A stretch of DNA of 64,000 bases from an uncultured bacterium (GTDB taxonomy: Bacteria; Patescibacteriota; Minisyncoccia; Phycocordibacterales; Phycocordibacteraceae), in NCBI GenBank assembly GCA_903825105.1, contig CAIJZI010000007.1, positions 23,178 to 87,177 of the forward strand, read 5' to 3'. Shown here piece after piece: positions 20,001-28,899 of the stretch (position 1 is its first letter; every line of letters begins with the position of its first letter). The position numbers and the translations under genes are program-made. Below the pieces are notes generated by a model. It was not told the DNA's origin. It ran no database searches and saw only the letters and a list, made by a program, of their open reading frames with translations.

Positions 20001-20752
20001 GCCTTCTCATAACGAGCGAGAAGCGTCTTTTCAAGATCCTTCAGATTAAGAGCGCGAAAAATATCATAAATAGCCTCTGCACCAATGCGTGCTTCGAAGA
20101 GGCCGCCATATTTTACCGAGAAGCGGTGATACTCGAGCTCGTCGAGCACTTTACCCACAACAATGCCTTCGATTTCATTCTTCGCGAAGGTCATCTTCTC
20201 TTTGAGTGCATCGCGTTCAGAATCTTTTTCAAGAGATTTAAACTTCGATTTATATTCGCTCTCGAGTTCTGCGATAAGTCGCTTCTTTTCTTCTTCAGCA
20301 ACCTTCGTGATGATGTGTCCGGCAAAATAAATAACCTTTTCAACATCAGCCGCTGGCGCGCCGAGAATAAGTGCCATGCGCGAAGGAACACTGCGCAAGA
20401 ACCAGATGTGTGCGACCGGAGTACAGAGCTCGATGTGGCCCATTCGCTCTCGTCGAACGATAGAACGCGTAATTTCTACGCCACACTTATCGCAGACAAT
20501 TCCTTTATAACGAATGCCTTTGTACTTCCCGCAGTAACATTCGTAATCCTTTTCAGGGCCGAAGATCTTTTCGTCGAAGAGGCCGTGCTTCTCTGATCGC
20601 TGGGTACGATAATTGATTGTCTCAGGTTTTGTCACTTCGCCTTTACTCCATTCAAGAATCTTTTCTGGAGAAGCGAGTGCGAGGCGGAGACCATTCCATG
20701 TGTCAATCCTGCCCGGAAGAAGAGTGCGTCGTGTTCGTGGTGTAAGTGCCAT
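17021..20752 (-). CDS. rpoC: DNA-directed RNA polymerase subunit beta'
   Basis: 1243 aa; NADFDGD catalytic motif, zinc-binding CxxC clusters. Confidence 0.95.
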   Translation of the reverse strand: MALTPRTRRTLLPGRIDTWNGLRLALASPEKILEWSKGEVTKPETINYRTQRSEKHGLFDEKIFGPEKDYECYCGKYKGIRYKGIVCDKCGVEITRSIVRRERMGHIELCTPVAHIWFLRSVPSRMALILGAPAADVEKVIYFAGHIITKVAEEEKKRLIAELESEYKSKFKSLEKDSERDALKEKMTFAKNEIEGIVVGKVLDELEYHRFSVKYGGLFEARIGAEAIYDIFRALNLKDLEKTLLARYEKAGTAEKEKIAKRLSLIAGLIAANIRPEWLFLTRIPVIPPALRPMVALEGGRHATSDVNDLYRRVINRNNRLKKLIDIHAPEVILRNEKRILQEAVDALLDNSIRKSGASAGAITLAQRRPLKSLADYLKGKQGYFRQNLLGKRVDYSGRSVIVIGPNLELNECGLPKHMALELFRPFVIAGLLKRELAFNIRGAGRLIDDGVPEVWEILEEVIADKHVLLNRAPTLHRQGIQAFHPRLIEGDAIQLHPLVCNAFNADFDGDQMAVHVPLSEEAQWEAANIMSANKNILKPGSGDTIVLTGKPLDIILGVYWLTKVAEKTKGEGEYFASPNAAILTSEYGAIDMRAKIKVLPIAGKKKYEKFDGRPFETTVGRLLFNTVLPKDYPFINETITKKVLARVVDECIVLYGLDSVPAIVNKVKRFGFEYATKSGVSWAIDDMLVPEKKAKVIEVAAEKIAKIESDYQEGLLSVEEKRRMAIEIWQGVNQEIQQLVVEGLNPMGSVADMITSGARGSLGQINQMAGMKGLMQNTVGETIEVPILSSLVEGLNSIEYFMSTHGSRKGLADTALGTAKAGYLTRRLFDVAQDSIITEKDCKTKRGVKINRISASGIKIDYAEAIRGRVLAEDVADTDGVVLFKKGHYISALDADTIAASPVMSIVARSPMSCETRYGICQTCYGVDLTTQEMVDLGEAVGTVAAQAIGEPGTQLTLRTFHTGGVASVGGDITGGLPRVEEVFEKRSPKNPAVVSKSDGIVSEIKESGREKVIVVAPKEGQGKKDGSSYEYLAPYPRVALVKEGDLVSKGQILTDGSADLDELFEYATREAVQEYIIGEGSKIYELQGAHVSRKHFEVIVKQMFSRMKITDPGDTEYSVGDVVEDWEFGKAVAEMEAANKIAPSAHDIVLGIKESALSRRSFLSAASFEQTTKILINAALRGSVDRLRGLKENIILGRLIPSGTGFAGSKKHAMIAKLQAEQPVIESSARQNYNTRTPRSL

Positions 20753-20776
20753 AAGTAAAAATTTAAATATTTAACA

Positions 20777-23700
20777 TTATTCTTCCGGTTCCGGAGGCAG
20801 ATTAAGTGATTCGACATCAAGTCCGAGACCGCGGATCTGATTGGTAAGCACCGAGAACGATGCTGGCGTGTTGGTGTGACTTATCGGCTCGCCCTTCACG
20901 ATAGCGTCGAATGCCGCTGAACGACCTTGAATATCGTCAGACTTAATCGTGAGCATTTCGCGAAGTGTATACGCCGCTCCATAGCCGAGAAGAGCCCAGA
21001 CTTCCATTTCTCCAAATCGTTGCCCGCCGTTTTGCGCCTTTCCGCCAAGCGGCTGTTGGGTAATAAGTGAGTATGGACCAATCGAGCGCATGTGGATCTT
21101 GTCTTCAACCATGTGGTGGAGCTTCAAGATGTACATATAACCAACCGCGATTGTCTGTGCGAACGCTTCGCCAGTGCGACCGTTGAAGAGCTGCATCTTC
21201 CCGCTCTTGTCGAATCCTGCTTTGACCAATTCTTCTCGAATCTCATCAGGCGTCGCGCCCGCAAATGGTGGGATAATCGCCTGATAGCCGAGCGTGTTCG
21301 CGGCGAGTCCGAGGTGCATCTCGAGAATTTGCCCGAGGTTCATACGAGAAGGAACGCCGAGCGGTGTGAGAATGATGTCAACCGGATTGCCGTCTTTGTC
21401 GTATGGCATATCCTCGACGGGCAACACACAACTGATGATACCTTTGTTACCGTGTCGTCCAGCGAGTTTGTCGCCGACAGAAACATTTCTCACCTGTGCG
21501 ACCGTAACCACAATTTTCTTTATAATACCGGTCTCGAGTTGGTCACCACGCTCGCGTGAGAAGATGCGCACACCAATCACGCGCCCACTCTTCCCGCCTT
21601 CCATACGAAGCGAGGTGTCCTTCACATCCTTTGCCTTATCACCAAAGATGCTGCGGAGGAGGCGCTCTTCTGGCGTGAGTTGTGTCTCGCCCTTCGGAGT
21701 CACCTTCCCGACGAGAATATCGCCCGAGCGCACTTCTGCGCCGATGCGGATAATTCCCTCTTCATCAAGATTTTTCAAACGGAGTTCGCCGACATTCGGG
21801 ATGTCGTGCGTCGTCGTCTCGGGGCCGAGCTTGGTATCGCGCACCACACAATCAAAGTCTTCGATGTGCACCGTCGTGAATTTAGAATTCTCAACAAGTC
21901 GTTCAGAAATAATAATCGCGTCTTCATAGTTGGCACCGTACCAACTCATAAAGGCGACGCGTACATTCTGTCCGAGCGAGAGCTGCCCCTTATCCGTCGA
22001 GGAGTTGTCAGCGAGGACATCACCCTTCTTCACAACGGTTCCGACAGAGACCGATGGTCGGTGCATAAATGCAGAGTTTTGGTTTGTTCGCGTGAGCCCT
22101 TGGAGACGATACTCCTTCACCTTTCCTTCTTTATTTTTAACGAGAATCTTTCGCGCTTCGACATGCGTCACTTCGCCTGCTTCTGCTGCGACGATAAGAC
22201 GATTTGTGCTGCGCGCAGCGTGCTCCTCCATACCCGTCGCCACGAGTGGCGCTTCAGGAATAAGAAGGGGAGTCGCTTGCTTCTGCATAGCAGAACCCAT
22301 GAGTGCGCGGTTCGCGTCGTCGTGGTTTACGAACGGAATCATCGAGGTCGAAATCGACAACATCTGGTAGGTCGAAACATCCATAAGCGTAATCAGATCT
22401 CTCTTGACGATAATCGGCTCGCCCATATGTCGTGCTTCGACGAGATCAGAAATAATCTTGCCATCGTCGTTAATCTTCGTTGCCCCGTGTGCAATATATT
22501 CAACTTCTTCATCAAGAGCGCTCATATAGACGATATCGCGCGTTGTCTTCCCTTTTTCTACTTTCAAATACGGCGTTTCGATAACACCGAAATCGTTGGT
22601 GCGCGAGTGCGTCGCCATATGCAGAATAAGACCGATGTTCTGACCTTCAGGTGTGTGAATTGGACAGAGTCTTCCGTAGTGCGAAGGGTGCACATCGCGT
22701 ACCTCGAAGCCGGCGCGTTCACGCGTGAGCCCGCCTGGGCCGAGTGCTGAGAAGAGGCGCATGTGTTCGAGTTCAGCGAGAATGTTCTGCTGATCCATAA
22801 ACTGCGAGAGTTGGTTCGCGGTGAAGAATTCGTGGATCGATGCGTGGAATGGACGCGGGTTGATGAGCTCGGTTGGGAGCGTCGTCTCGCTGCCAGTCGT
22901 CGACATACGATCTTGGATATTGCGCTTCATACGGCTCATACCAACACGCATACGCGACTGGAGGAGTTCGCCAACGAATCGAACGCGGCGGAATCCGAGA
23001 TGATCGATGTCATCAACTTGAGCGGCAGGATCTGCATTTAACTTGGCGATTTCAGAGACGATATTGACGAAATCAGAGAGTGAGAGTGTGTGATTCTCAA
23101 GCGCCTTTGGCGTGGTCGGGAGACCGAAACGCGTGTTGAATCGGTGTCGGCCAACATTGCCGATGTCATAGCGTTCAGGAGAAAAGAGTGATTGGACAAA
23201 GTTTTTCGCATTATCTGGAGTCGCGAGATCGCCATCGCGCATACGACGATGGATCTCGATATACGCGTCTTCGACAGTCTTTGCTTCGTCACGCGCGAGC
23301 GTTGCCTTAATCATCGCGAGCGCGAGTGGATTATTCGCGAAGTGTTTCGCGACTGATTCGCCAATGCCTCCCCCAAAAATCGCGAGGAGTTCGGTAACCG
23401 GGAACTTACGCTTTCGATCAATCTTCACAAACAGTGCACCATCTGCATCAGATTCAAATTCGATCCAGACACCGCGGAGCGGAATAATCTTCGCGCCGAA
23501 GCACGGCTTCCCGCGCAAAAGTTCAGAAACGAAGAATGCACCGAAGCTTCGCGCGAGCTGCGGGACGATAACTCTCTCAACACCAGAAACAATAAAGGAC
23601 CCGTGCGGGGTCATCAGCGGAATGTCCGCGAGGAAAATCTCTTGGCTCTTTTCAGAACCGAAGGTCTTATTAATGAGCTTCACCGTCGCCTTGACCGGCG

Positions 23701-23998
23701 CTTCGTAGGTGCGGAGATTGTCGCGCGCGAAATCCTCATCATATTTCGGTTCGCCAATTTCAAAACTCTCAAATTTTAGTTCAAACTTCTTTCCCGAATA
23801 ATCGGTGACTGGCGAGAACTCTTTGAAGAGTTCCTTTAAACCATCTTTCAAAAGCCAGTCGAACGATCCGTGCTGATGCTTCACCAAATCAGGAAACGGC
23901 ACGACGGGAGCTCGATACGCACCGAATGTTTTCTGAATGAGATTTTTACGCATGTGATGGTGATGAAGTAATAAAAGAAAACCCTCATTTAAATGCAC
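20777..23998 (-). CDS. rpoB: DNA-directed RNA polymerase subunit beta
   Basis: 1073 aa; conserved rifampicin-cluster region and C-terminal motifs; immediately upstream of rpoC. Confidence 0.95.
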   Translation of the reverse strand: MHLNEGFLLLLHHHHMRKNLIQKTFGAYRAPVVPFPDLVKHQHGSFDWLLKDGLKELFKEFSPVTDYSGKKFELKFESFEIGEPKYDEDFARDNLRTYEAPVKATVKLINKTFGSEKSQEIFLADIPLMTPHGSFIVSGVERVIVPQLARSFGAFFVSELLRGKPCFGAKIIPLRGVWIEFESDADGALFVKIDRKRKFPVTELLAIFGGGIGESVAKHFANNPLALAMIKATLARDEAKTVEDAYIEIHRRMRDGDLATPDNAKNFVQSLFSPERYDIGNVGRHRFNTRFGLPTTPKALENHTLSLSDFVNIVSEIAKLNADPAAQVDDIDHLGFRRVRFVGELLQSRMRVGMSRMKRNIQDRMSTTGSETTLPTELINPRPFHASIHEFFTANQLSQFMDQQNILAELEHMRLFSALGPGGLTRERAGFEVRDVHPSHYGRLCPIHTPEGQNIGLILHMATHSRTNDFGVIETPYLKVEKGKTTRDIVYMSALDEEVEYIAHGATKINDDGKIISDLVEARHMGEPIIVKRDLITLMDVSTYQMLSISTSMIPFVNHDDANRALMGSAMQKQATPLLIPEAPLVATGMEEHAARSTNRLIVAAEAGEVTHVEARKILVKNKEGKVKEYRLQGLTRTNQNSAFMHRPSVSVGTVVKKGDVLADNSSTDKGQLSLGQNVRVAFMSWYGANYEDAIIISERLVENSKFTTVHIEDFDCVVRDTKLGPETTTHDIPNVGELRLKNLDEEGIIRIGAEVRSGDILVGKVTPKGETQLTPEERLLRSIFGDKAKDVKDTSLRMEGGKSGRVIGVRIFSRERGDQLETGIIKKIVVTVAQVRNVSVGDKLAGRHGNKGIISCVLPVEDMPYDKDGNPVDIILTPLGVPSRMNLGQILEMHLGLAANTLGYQAIIPPFAGATPDEIREELVKAGFDKSGKMQLFNGRTGEAFAQTIAVGYMYILKLHHMVEDKIHMRSIGPYSLITQQPLGGKAQNGGQRFGEMEVWALLGYGAAYTLREMLTIKSDDIQGRSAAFDAIVKGEPISHTNTPASFSVLTNQIRGLGLDVESLNLPPEPEE

Positions 23999-24151
23999 AA
24001 CAAAAGCGCAAAGATTCGCCTCGCTTTTGCGTTTTTTCTAGTTCCCGTATGTTTGTACCCCGCATTACTCACTCGTATCTATGCACCTATAATGTACCAA
24101 ACCCCCGATTTTTCTGCAACCCCATGTGGGGATAACGAAATTTGGCACTTT

Positions 24152-24193
24152 GGGAAGGTCAGACCTTCCCACTTGGAAGTTGAACTTCCAAGT
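24152..24193 (-). terminator. twin hairpins downstream of ppa (GGGAAGGTC-AGA-CCTTCCC and CTTGGAAGTTGAACTTCCAAG)
   Basis: seen directly; second hairpin abuts ppa stop codon. Confidence 0.5.
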
Positions 24194-24633
24194 TATGAAA
24201 CCGTGCACTCAGCGAGATATTCTAATGCTTCCTCGATATTTTGAACCGTGATTTTATGATGGTAGCCAAAATAATCTATTATTAATTTGCGCTCATCTAC
24301 TAGCACTTCTGAAAACCTTTTATACGAAACTGAATCATCGACTGCGATTATCTTATGATCTTCATCTTCGCGCTCTAATAAGCCGATAACTTCGACATCT
24401 GTTTCATCTCCTGTTTTGAATTGTTTATTTGAAAAAATAATGACATCGACATTATCTTTTTCTTTTTTGTTAATCGCATTTTCTATATATCCGTAAGCTA
24501 TAGGAATAATTCCATCGTTCACTGGGATTTTTTCTTTTATTGGACCAAAATCTTCAAAGCCGCTACCGTCATATTTAAAATGAATCCTTCTGTCGCACCC
24601 TTTTGGAATCTCAATAACGGCTTTGTATTTCAT
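24193..24633 (-). CDS. ppa: family I inorganic pyrophosphatase-like protein (divergent metal-binding residues)
   Basis: AVIEIPKGCDRRIHFKY and IPIAYGYIE..KDNVDVIIF align with PPase motifs; first Asp of DGDPLD is Glu here. Confidence 0.55.
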   Translation of the reverse strand: MKYKAVIEIPKGCDRRIHFKYDGSGFEDFGPIKEKIPVNDGIIPIAYGYIENAINKKEKDNVDVIIFSNKQFKTGDETDVEVIGLLEREDEDHKIIAVDDSVSYKRFSEVLVDERKLIIDYFGYHHKITVQNIEEALEYLAECTVS

Positions 24634-24667
24634 ATTTTGAATTATCCCTTGGAAGTCTCCCGAGTTG

Positions 24668-25204
24668 CTACTTCTGATTATATTTTAACCAGAGCTGCGT
24701 ATCGTAGCCAGTGAGAACTCTGTCTTCTTCGTTTATTCCCAGTTCTTTTAGAAAATCAAAAAGCTCGTTCTGAACTTTTTCTCCATCTTCGTCTGATATT
24801 TTTTCGACTTCGATAAATGAGCCAAGGTCGCGCACTTCGTCGAGACAAATCTCATATCCGCGACAATTCCCTTTTCGTCTCTTTTTATGAACTTCGACCG
24901 TCTGTTCGAATCCAAGTAATTCGATAATATCTTTTAAGATATTTCGATCGCTGACATCGATTTCTTTTTCTATACAATCGAGCTCGCCACCGCGATTCTG
25001 TTTCAAGGTAAAAATAATTCGGTCTCCCTGCTCACGAATCCGCAGAACGGGCGAGTCATGGTGTTTTAAATCTATGCCTTTTTGATTAAAAATATAATCG
25101 TCCTGAATAATTGGTTCGGACAAAGCGCACCCGATTTCAGTTAGTTTCGAACTAATTGCATCAAAATCTTTTACTTTAGCTTTTACTTCTATTTCGTATG
25201 CCAT
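24668..25204 (-). CDS. CYTH-domain protein (class IV adenylate cyclase / triphosphate tunnel metalloenzyme family)
   Basis: N-terminal YEIEVKAKV (ExExK) signature and overall ~180-aa CYTH layout. Confidence 0.6.
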   Translation of the reverse strand: MAYEIEVKAKVKDFDAISSKLTEIGCALSEPIIQDDYIFNQKGIDLKHHDSPVLRIREQGDRIIFTLKQNRGGELDCIEKEIDVSDRNILKDIIELLGFEQTVEVHKKRRKGNCRGYEICLDEVRDLGSFIEVEKISDEDGEKVQNELFDFLKELGINEEDRVLTGYDTQLWLKYNQK

Positions 25205-25231
25205 AAGTAGATTTTAGCATATAACTTCATC

Positions 25232-25255
25232 CAGTTGGAAGTTTCGCTTCCAAGT
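25232..25255 (-). terminator. CTTGGAAG-family hairpin
   Basis: CAGTTGGAAGTTTCGCTTCCAAGT. Confidence 0.45.
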
Positions 25256-25261
25256 TATTTA

Positions 25262-25431
25262 TAAAAAATACAAAGCCCCATGCAGTCTCTTTCAGGAGAA
25301 ACTACACGGGGCTGATTTGTCCGGCGACTGATACCGGAGGGGCCTATTCAAGGCATTGCTCTTGGACAATAAACTTGGCCTTCGTCTACCGATCAGCTGC
25401 TCCTCTGTGACGAGTGGCGCTAAAAGAGAGG
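25262..25431 (-). ncRNA. candidate structured RNA / highly structured 3' UTR downstream of trmD (unassigned family)
   Basis: ~170 nt with no ORF and at least five stem-loops (e.g. CCGGTATCAGTCGCCGG, AGCCCCG..TGGGGCT followed by U-tract); no family recognised by eye. Confidence 0.2.
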
Positions 25432-26154
25432 TTACTTCTCCATCCTCCATTTGTCAATATTCGCATGATGGCCGGTTTGGAGGACTTTTGGCACGCGATA
25501 ATTTTTACCTTTAAATAGAATAGTTTCGGGTCGCGTGTAGACCGCGCTCGAGGCGATGCGGAGCTCTTCAACCGATGTATCTTTGCCGAGAACCCCTGGC
25601 AGGCGGCGCGTAACAGCGTCGATGATCGCGAGCGCCGGCACTTCTCCGCCAGTATAAGTCGCCTCGCCAACAGCAAATTCTTTGACTGTTGCGAGTGTTT
25701 TCAAAATTTTCTTCGCGCGTTCGTCGATGCCTTCATAACGACCGCAGACGAGAATCACATTCTCGTATTCCGCGAGCGCGTCAGCATCTTTATTGGTGAA
25801 TTGTTTGGCGCTGGGCGAGAACCATACGACCAATGCCTTTCGTCCATGTTTGGACTTACGAAATCCCTCATCAGATGATGGATTTCGTAAGTCCCTCATA
25901 CGGCCCAATGCTTTCTGGACAGCCTTAATCACAGGCTCAGCCTGCATCACCATCCCTGGACCACCGCCATAGGGCTTGTCATCTACTTTTTTATAACTTC
26001 CTTCTGGCCCTTTAATAAAATCACGTGGATTCTGATATTTTATTGAAATCTTTTTTTCTTTTTGCGCACGACCAATGATTGATGTGTTCAGGTACGCATC
26101 GCAGGCTTCTGGAAACAATGTAATGAGATTAAATTTCATCGACCACCTGATCAA
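25432..26154 (-). CDS. trmD: tRNA (guanine37-N1)-methyltransferase TrmD with in-frame palindromic-element insertion
   Basis: MKFNLITLFPE N-terminus, SPOUT knot motifs; 15-aa insert DLRNPSSDEGFRKSK encoded by palindrome 25852-25894. Confidence 0.85.
   Translation of the reverse strand: MIRWSMKFNLITLFPEACDAYLNTSIIGRAQKEKKISIKYQNPRDFIKGPEGSYKKVDDKPYGGGPGMVMQAEPVIKAVQKALGRMRDLRNPSSDEGFRKSKHGRKALVVWFSPSAKQFTNKDADALAEYENVILVCGRYEGIDERAKKILKTLATVKEFAVGEATYTGGEVPALAIIDAVTRRLPGVLGKDTSVEELRIASSAVYTRPETILFKGKNYRVPKVLQTGHHANIDKWRMEK
25852..25894. repeat. palindromic element family A inside trmD coding sequence
   Basis: GGACTTACGAAATCC-CTCATCAGATGAT-GGATTTCGTAAGTCC; arms perfectly complementary; preceded by CATGTTTGG as in other copies. 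Confidence 0.8.
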
Positions 26155-26422
26155 CGGTCTTTATATCCCTTTTACCGCCGACGGGTTCATTTATTTTCAA
26201 ATTCACGCGCGCATTCCCTTTCATCCCGATCACGCGAAGAAGAATACGGAGAGCTTCAGCGGTCTTTCCGCTCTTGCCGATAATTTTCCCCATATCGTCT
26301 GGATGGACGGTGAGTGTGAGTAAAACTCCCATCTGGTCGATGGTTCGAGTGGTCTCAACCGACTCTGGATGTTCGGCGAGGGCTTTAACAGCGTATTCGA
26401 GAAATGCCTGATCTGCTTCCAT
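26129..26422 (-). CDS. KH-domain RNA-binding protein (KhpA/YlqC-like)
   Basis: GKIIGKSGKTAEALR (GxxG KH motif); between rpsP and trmD as in many bacteria. Confidence 0.6.
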   Translation of the reverse strand: MEADQAFLEYAVKALAEHPESVETTRTIDQMGVLLTLTVHPDDMGKIIGKSGKTAEALRILLRVIGMKGNARVNLKINEPVGGKRDIKTVDQVVDEI

Positions 26423-26445
26423 ATTTGGTAGGCTCTTTCGAGCGG

Positions 26446-26868
26446 TTATTCTGCTGGGGTTTCTTCTGGAGCTGGTTCTGCTTCTGCGGCTACCTCTTCT
26501 TCAGTTGGTGCCACGACTTCTTCTACCACAGGCGCTGGGGCTGCTGCTGCCGCGGCGGCTGCAGCTTCGGCAGCTACTTTTTTCTCATCGACGATCGGCG
26601 ATTTCTTCGGCAAGACATTTACCTTCTTCCCTTCGATAATCTTCTTCGAGATAAGGAGATTCCTGATCGAGTCAGTTGGCTGTGCGCCCATCGAGATCCA
26701 GTATTTTACACGGTCCTCTTTTATAGTGAGCGCCTTGCTTCTCGGATTATAGGTGCCGAGCTGCTCGTTCACATTACCAGCTTTAGCCGCGCGCTCCTTT
26801 TCTAATAAGACAATGCGGAACGCCGGATCATTGGTCCGGCCGATGCGCTGAAATCGAATCATCAACAT
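26446..26868 (-). CDS. rpsP: 30S ribosomal protein S16 with Ala/Glu-rich C-terminal extension
   Basis: MLMIRFQRIGRTNDPAFRIVL..YNPRS conserved S16 N-terminus. Confidence 0.85.
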   Translation of the reverse strand: MLMIRFQRIGRTNDPAFRIVLLEKERAAKAGNVNEQLGTYNPRSKALTIKEDRVKYWISMGAQPTDSIRNLLISKKIIEGKKVNVLPKKSPIVDEKKVAAEAAAAAAAAAPAPVVEEVVAPTEEEVAAEAEPAPEETPAE

Positions 26869-26917
26869 ATGTGCGAACTATAGCAGAAGACCATTAATAT
26901 TGCTAGAGTAGCTGTAC

Positions 26918-28861
26918 ATGGACACAAATACACTTCTCGAGGGCCCTATAACAATGACGCGTAAAGGCATTGGGTTCTTTAAGGTCGAAGGGGCTGATGA
27001 GGATCTTCTCATTCCCTCCGAGTGGACCAATCACGCGCTCTCGGGCGACATCGTGAAGGTCGCGCCAATGGGTAAATATAACGACCCTGCAGGGAGAATG
27101 CCGCCAAGAGATTCTGGAAAGGTTGTTGAAATAGTTTCGCGCGCGCGCGAGACATTTGTCGGCACGCTTATCGAAGAAAATGGCGTCACATTTCTCCAAC
27201 CTGATTATAAAAAGATGTATGTGCCACTCGTCATTCTTGATAAAGGGAAAGCAGAACTTGGTGACAAGGTGTTGGCGCGTCTCGGTGTCTGGGATACTGA
27301 TAAAGAATACCCGCTCGGCACGATAGAAGAAATAATTGGTCGAGCGGGCATGCACGAGACCGAGATGCGCGCGCTCGCGCTCGGTCAAGGATTCTCGCCA
27401 ACCTTTCCGCCCGGAGTCCTCGCTGAAGCGAAGAATCTTGAAGAAAACGGCGCAGCGATGCTTCTCGAAGAAACGAAAAATCCTGTGCGCAGAGATTTCA
27501 GAAAAATCAGCACTTGCACTATCGACCCAGTTGATGCAAAAGACTTTGACGACGCTCTTTCTGTTCAGAAACTTGAAAATGGCAATATTGAAGTCGGCGT
27601 GCACATCGCCGATGTTTCTTTCTTCGTGAAGCCCGGAAACGAACTCGACAAAGAAGCTCGCGAGCGAGCGACGAGTGTTTACCTTGTTGATCGCACGATC
27701 CCGATGCTCCCCGAGATCCTCTCGACTGATCTATGCTCGCTGATCCCCAATCAAGATCGTTTGGCTGTCTCTGCGGTCTTCACCCTCGACAAAGAGGCGA
27801 ACATTCTCGACTCGTGGTTTGGCGAAACGGTGATTCATTCTGACAAGCGCTTCACCTATGAAAATGCTCAAGAAGTTTTAGATAATGGAAGCGGGACTTT
27901 GCACGAAGAGCTCTCCACCCTTCTCGAACTCTCTAAAAAAATTCGTGCGAAGCGCCAAGCGAAGGGCGCGATTGAGTTCGACACGGCAGAAGTGAAGGTT
28001 GAATTAAATGCTGAAGGCGCTCCAATCGCGATTCATTTAAAAGAACGAAAGGCGACGAATCTTCTGATCGAAGATTTCATGCTGCTCGCCAACGAAGCGG
28101 TCGCGAAGCATCTTTCTAAATTAACCAGCGACGGCGGAGCCTCATTTGAATCGCTCTACCGAATTCACGATGCACCTGATGCTGACCGCATCGAGAATCT
28201 CGCGAACCTGCTCCGCGTGATGGGCTATAACTTAAAGACTGCGAGCGGGCGAGTCACGGGCGCAGAATTAAACAGGATGCTCGAATCGGTAAAAGGAAAG
28301 CCAGAAGAATATTTAGTAAAGACGGCGACCCTGCGCTCGATGAGTAAAGCGATTTATACGACACGCAATATCGGTCACTTCGGTCTCGCCTTCGACTACT
28401 ACACACACTTCACCTCGCCGATTCGCCGCTATCCAGACCTCATTATCCATCGCCTCGTGAAGTCGCACAGTGGCGGTGATCCGATTTCAAAACAAGAAAT
28501 GAGCGAATTCGATGCGCTCGCGCGCCACGCTTCAGAACGCGAAGTCGCCGCGGCTGATGCTGAACGCGATTCGATAAAAATGAAGCAAGTCGAATTCTTA
28601 ATCGGCAAAATCGGTGAAGAATTCGATGCAGTGATTTCTGGTGTGACCGATCGCGGGCTCTATGTTGAAGAACAATCAACGCATGCTGACGGAATGATAA
28701 ACATTCGCGCCGTGGGCGATGATTATTTTGAATATGACGAAAAGCATTATCGACTCGTCGGTCGCCGCACCCATAAAGCGTTTCAACTCGGCGACCCCAT
28801 CCGCGTGAAGCTCGCCGCCGCCCGCATCGCAGAAAAGGAATTGGATTTTGTACCGGTGTAA
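26918..28861 (+). CDS. rnr: ribonuclease R (RNB family 3'-5' exoribonuclease)
   Basis: cold-shock/OB N-terminus, RNB catalytic domain (..CTIDPVDAKDFDDALSV..), C-terminal S1 domain. Confidence 0.85.
   Translation: MDTNTLLEGPITMTRKGIGFFKVEGADEDLLIPSEWTNHALSGDIVKVAPMGKYNDPAGRMPPRDSGKVVEIVSRARETFVGTLIEENGVTFLQPDYKKMYVPLVILDKGKAELGDKVLARLGVWDTDKEYPLGTIEEIIGRAGMHETEMRALALGQGFSPTFPPGVLAEAKNLEENGAAMLLEETKNPVRRDFRKISTCTIDPVDAKDFDDALSVQKLENGNIEVGVHIADVSFFVKPGNELDKEARERATSVYLVDRTIPMLPEILSTDLCSLIPNQDRLAVSAVFTLDKEANILDSWFGETVIHSDKRFTYENAQEVLDNGSGTLHEELSTLLELSKKIRAKRQAKGAIEFDTAEVKVELNAEGAPIAIHLKERKATNLLIEDFMLLANEAVAKHLSKLTSDGGASFESLYRIHDAPDADRIENLANLLRVMGYNLKTASGRVTGAELNRMLESVKGKPEEYLVKTATLRSMSKAIYTTRNIGHFGLAFDYYTHFTSPIRRYPDLIIHRLVKSHSGGDPISKQEMSEFDALARHASEREVAAADAERDSIKMKQVEFLIGKIGEEFDAVISGVTDRGLYVEEQSTHADGMINIRAVGDDYFEYDEKHYRLVGRRTHKAFQLGDPIRVKLAAARIAEKELDFVPV
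28812..28861 (+). repeat. copy 1 (native) of rnr 3'-terminal repeat
   Basis: ..CGCATCGCAGAAAAGGAATTGGATTTTGTACCGGTGTAA; reiterated at 29391-29440 and 29783-29818. Confidence 0.8.
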
Positions 28862-28899
28862 AAGTAGTTTCTTTAAACTATTTCCGTGTGAAAATATAG

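Noticed and set aside
19847-20596. 249-aa plus-strand ORF inside rpoC, plus several 60-120 aa ORFs on both strands across rpoC
   Set aside because: They are antisense or overlapping shadows of rpoC with no independent signals.
21092-22750. Long plus-strand ORFs (155-356 aa) inside the rpoB region
   Set aside because: They are antisense to a strongly supported, fully conserved rpoB reading frame and have low-complexity, Arg/Cys-rich composition. They are spurious shadow ORFs.
25270-25431. Assignment of the post-trmD structured region to SRP RNA, because of GGAGCAGC resembling the GGAAGCAGC domain IV motif
   Set aside because: The match is partial, the flanking helix and tetraloop context does not fit by eye, and I cannot run a covariance model. 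It is kept only as an unassigned candidate.
26903-27604. 233-aa minus-strand ORF overlapping the 5' part of rnr
   Set aside because: It is antisense to the RNase R cold-shock and RNB domains, which are conserved. It is a shadow ORF.
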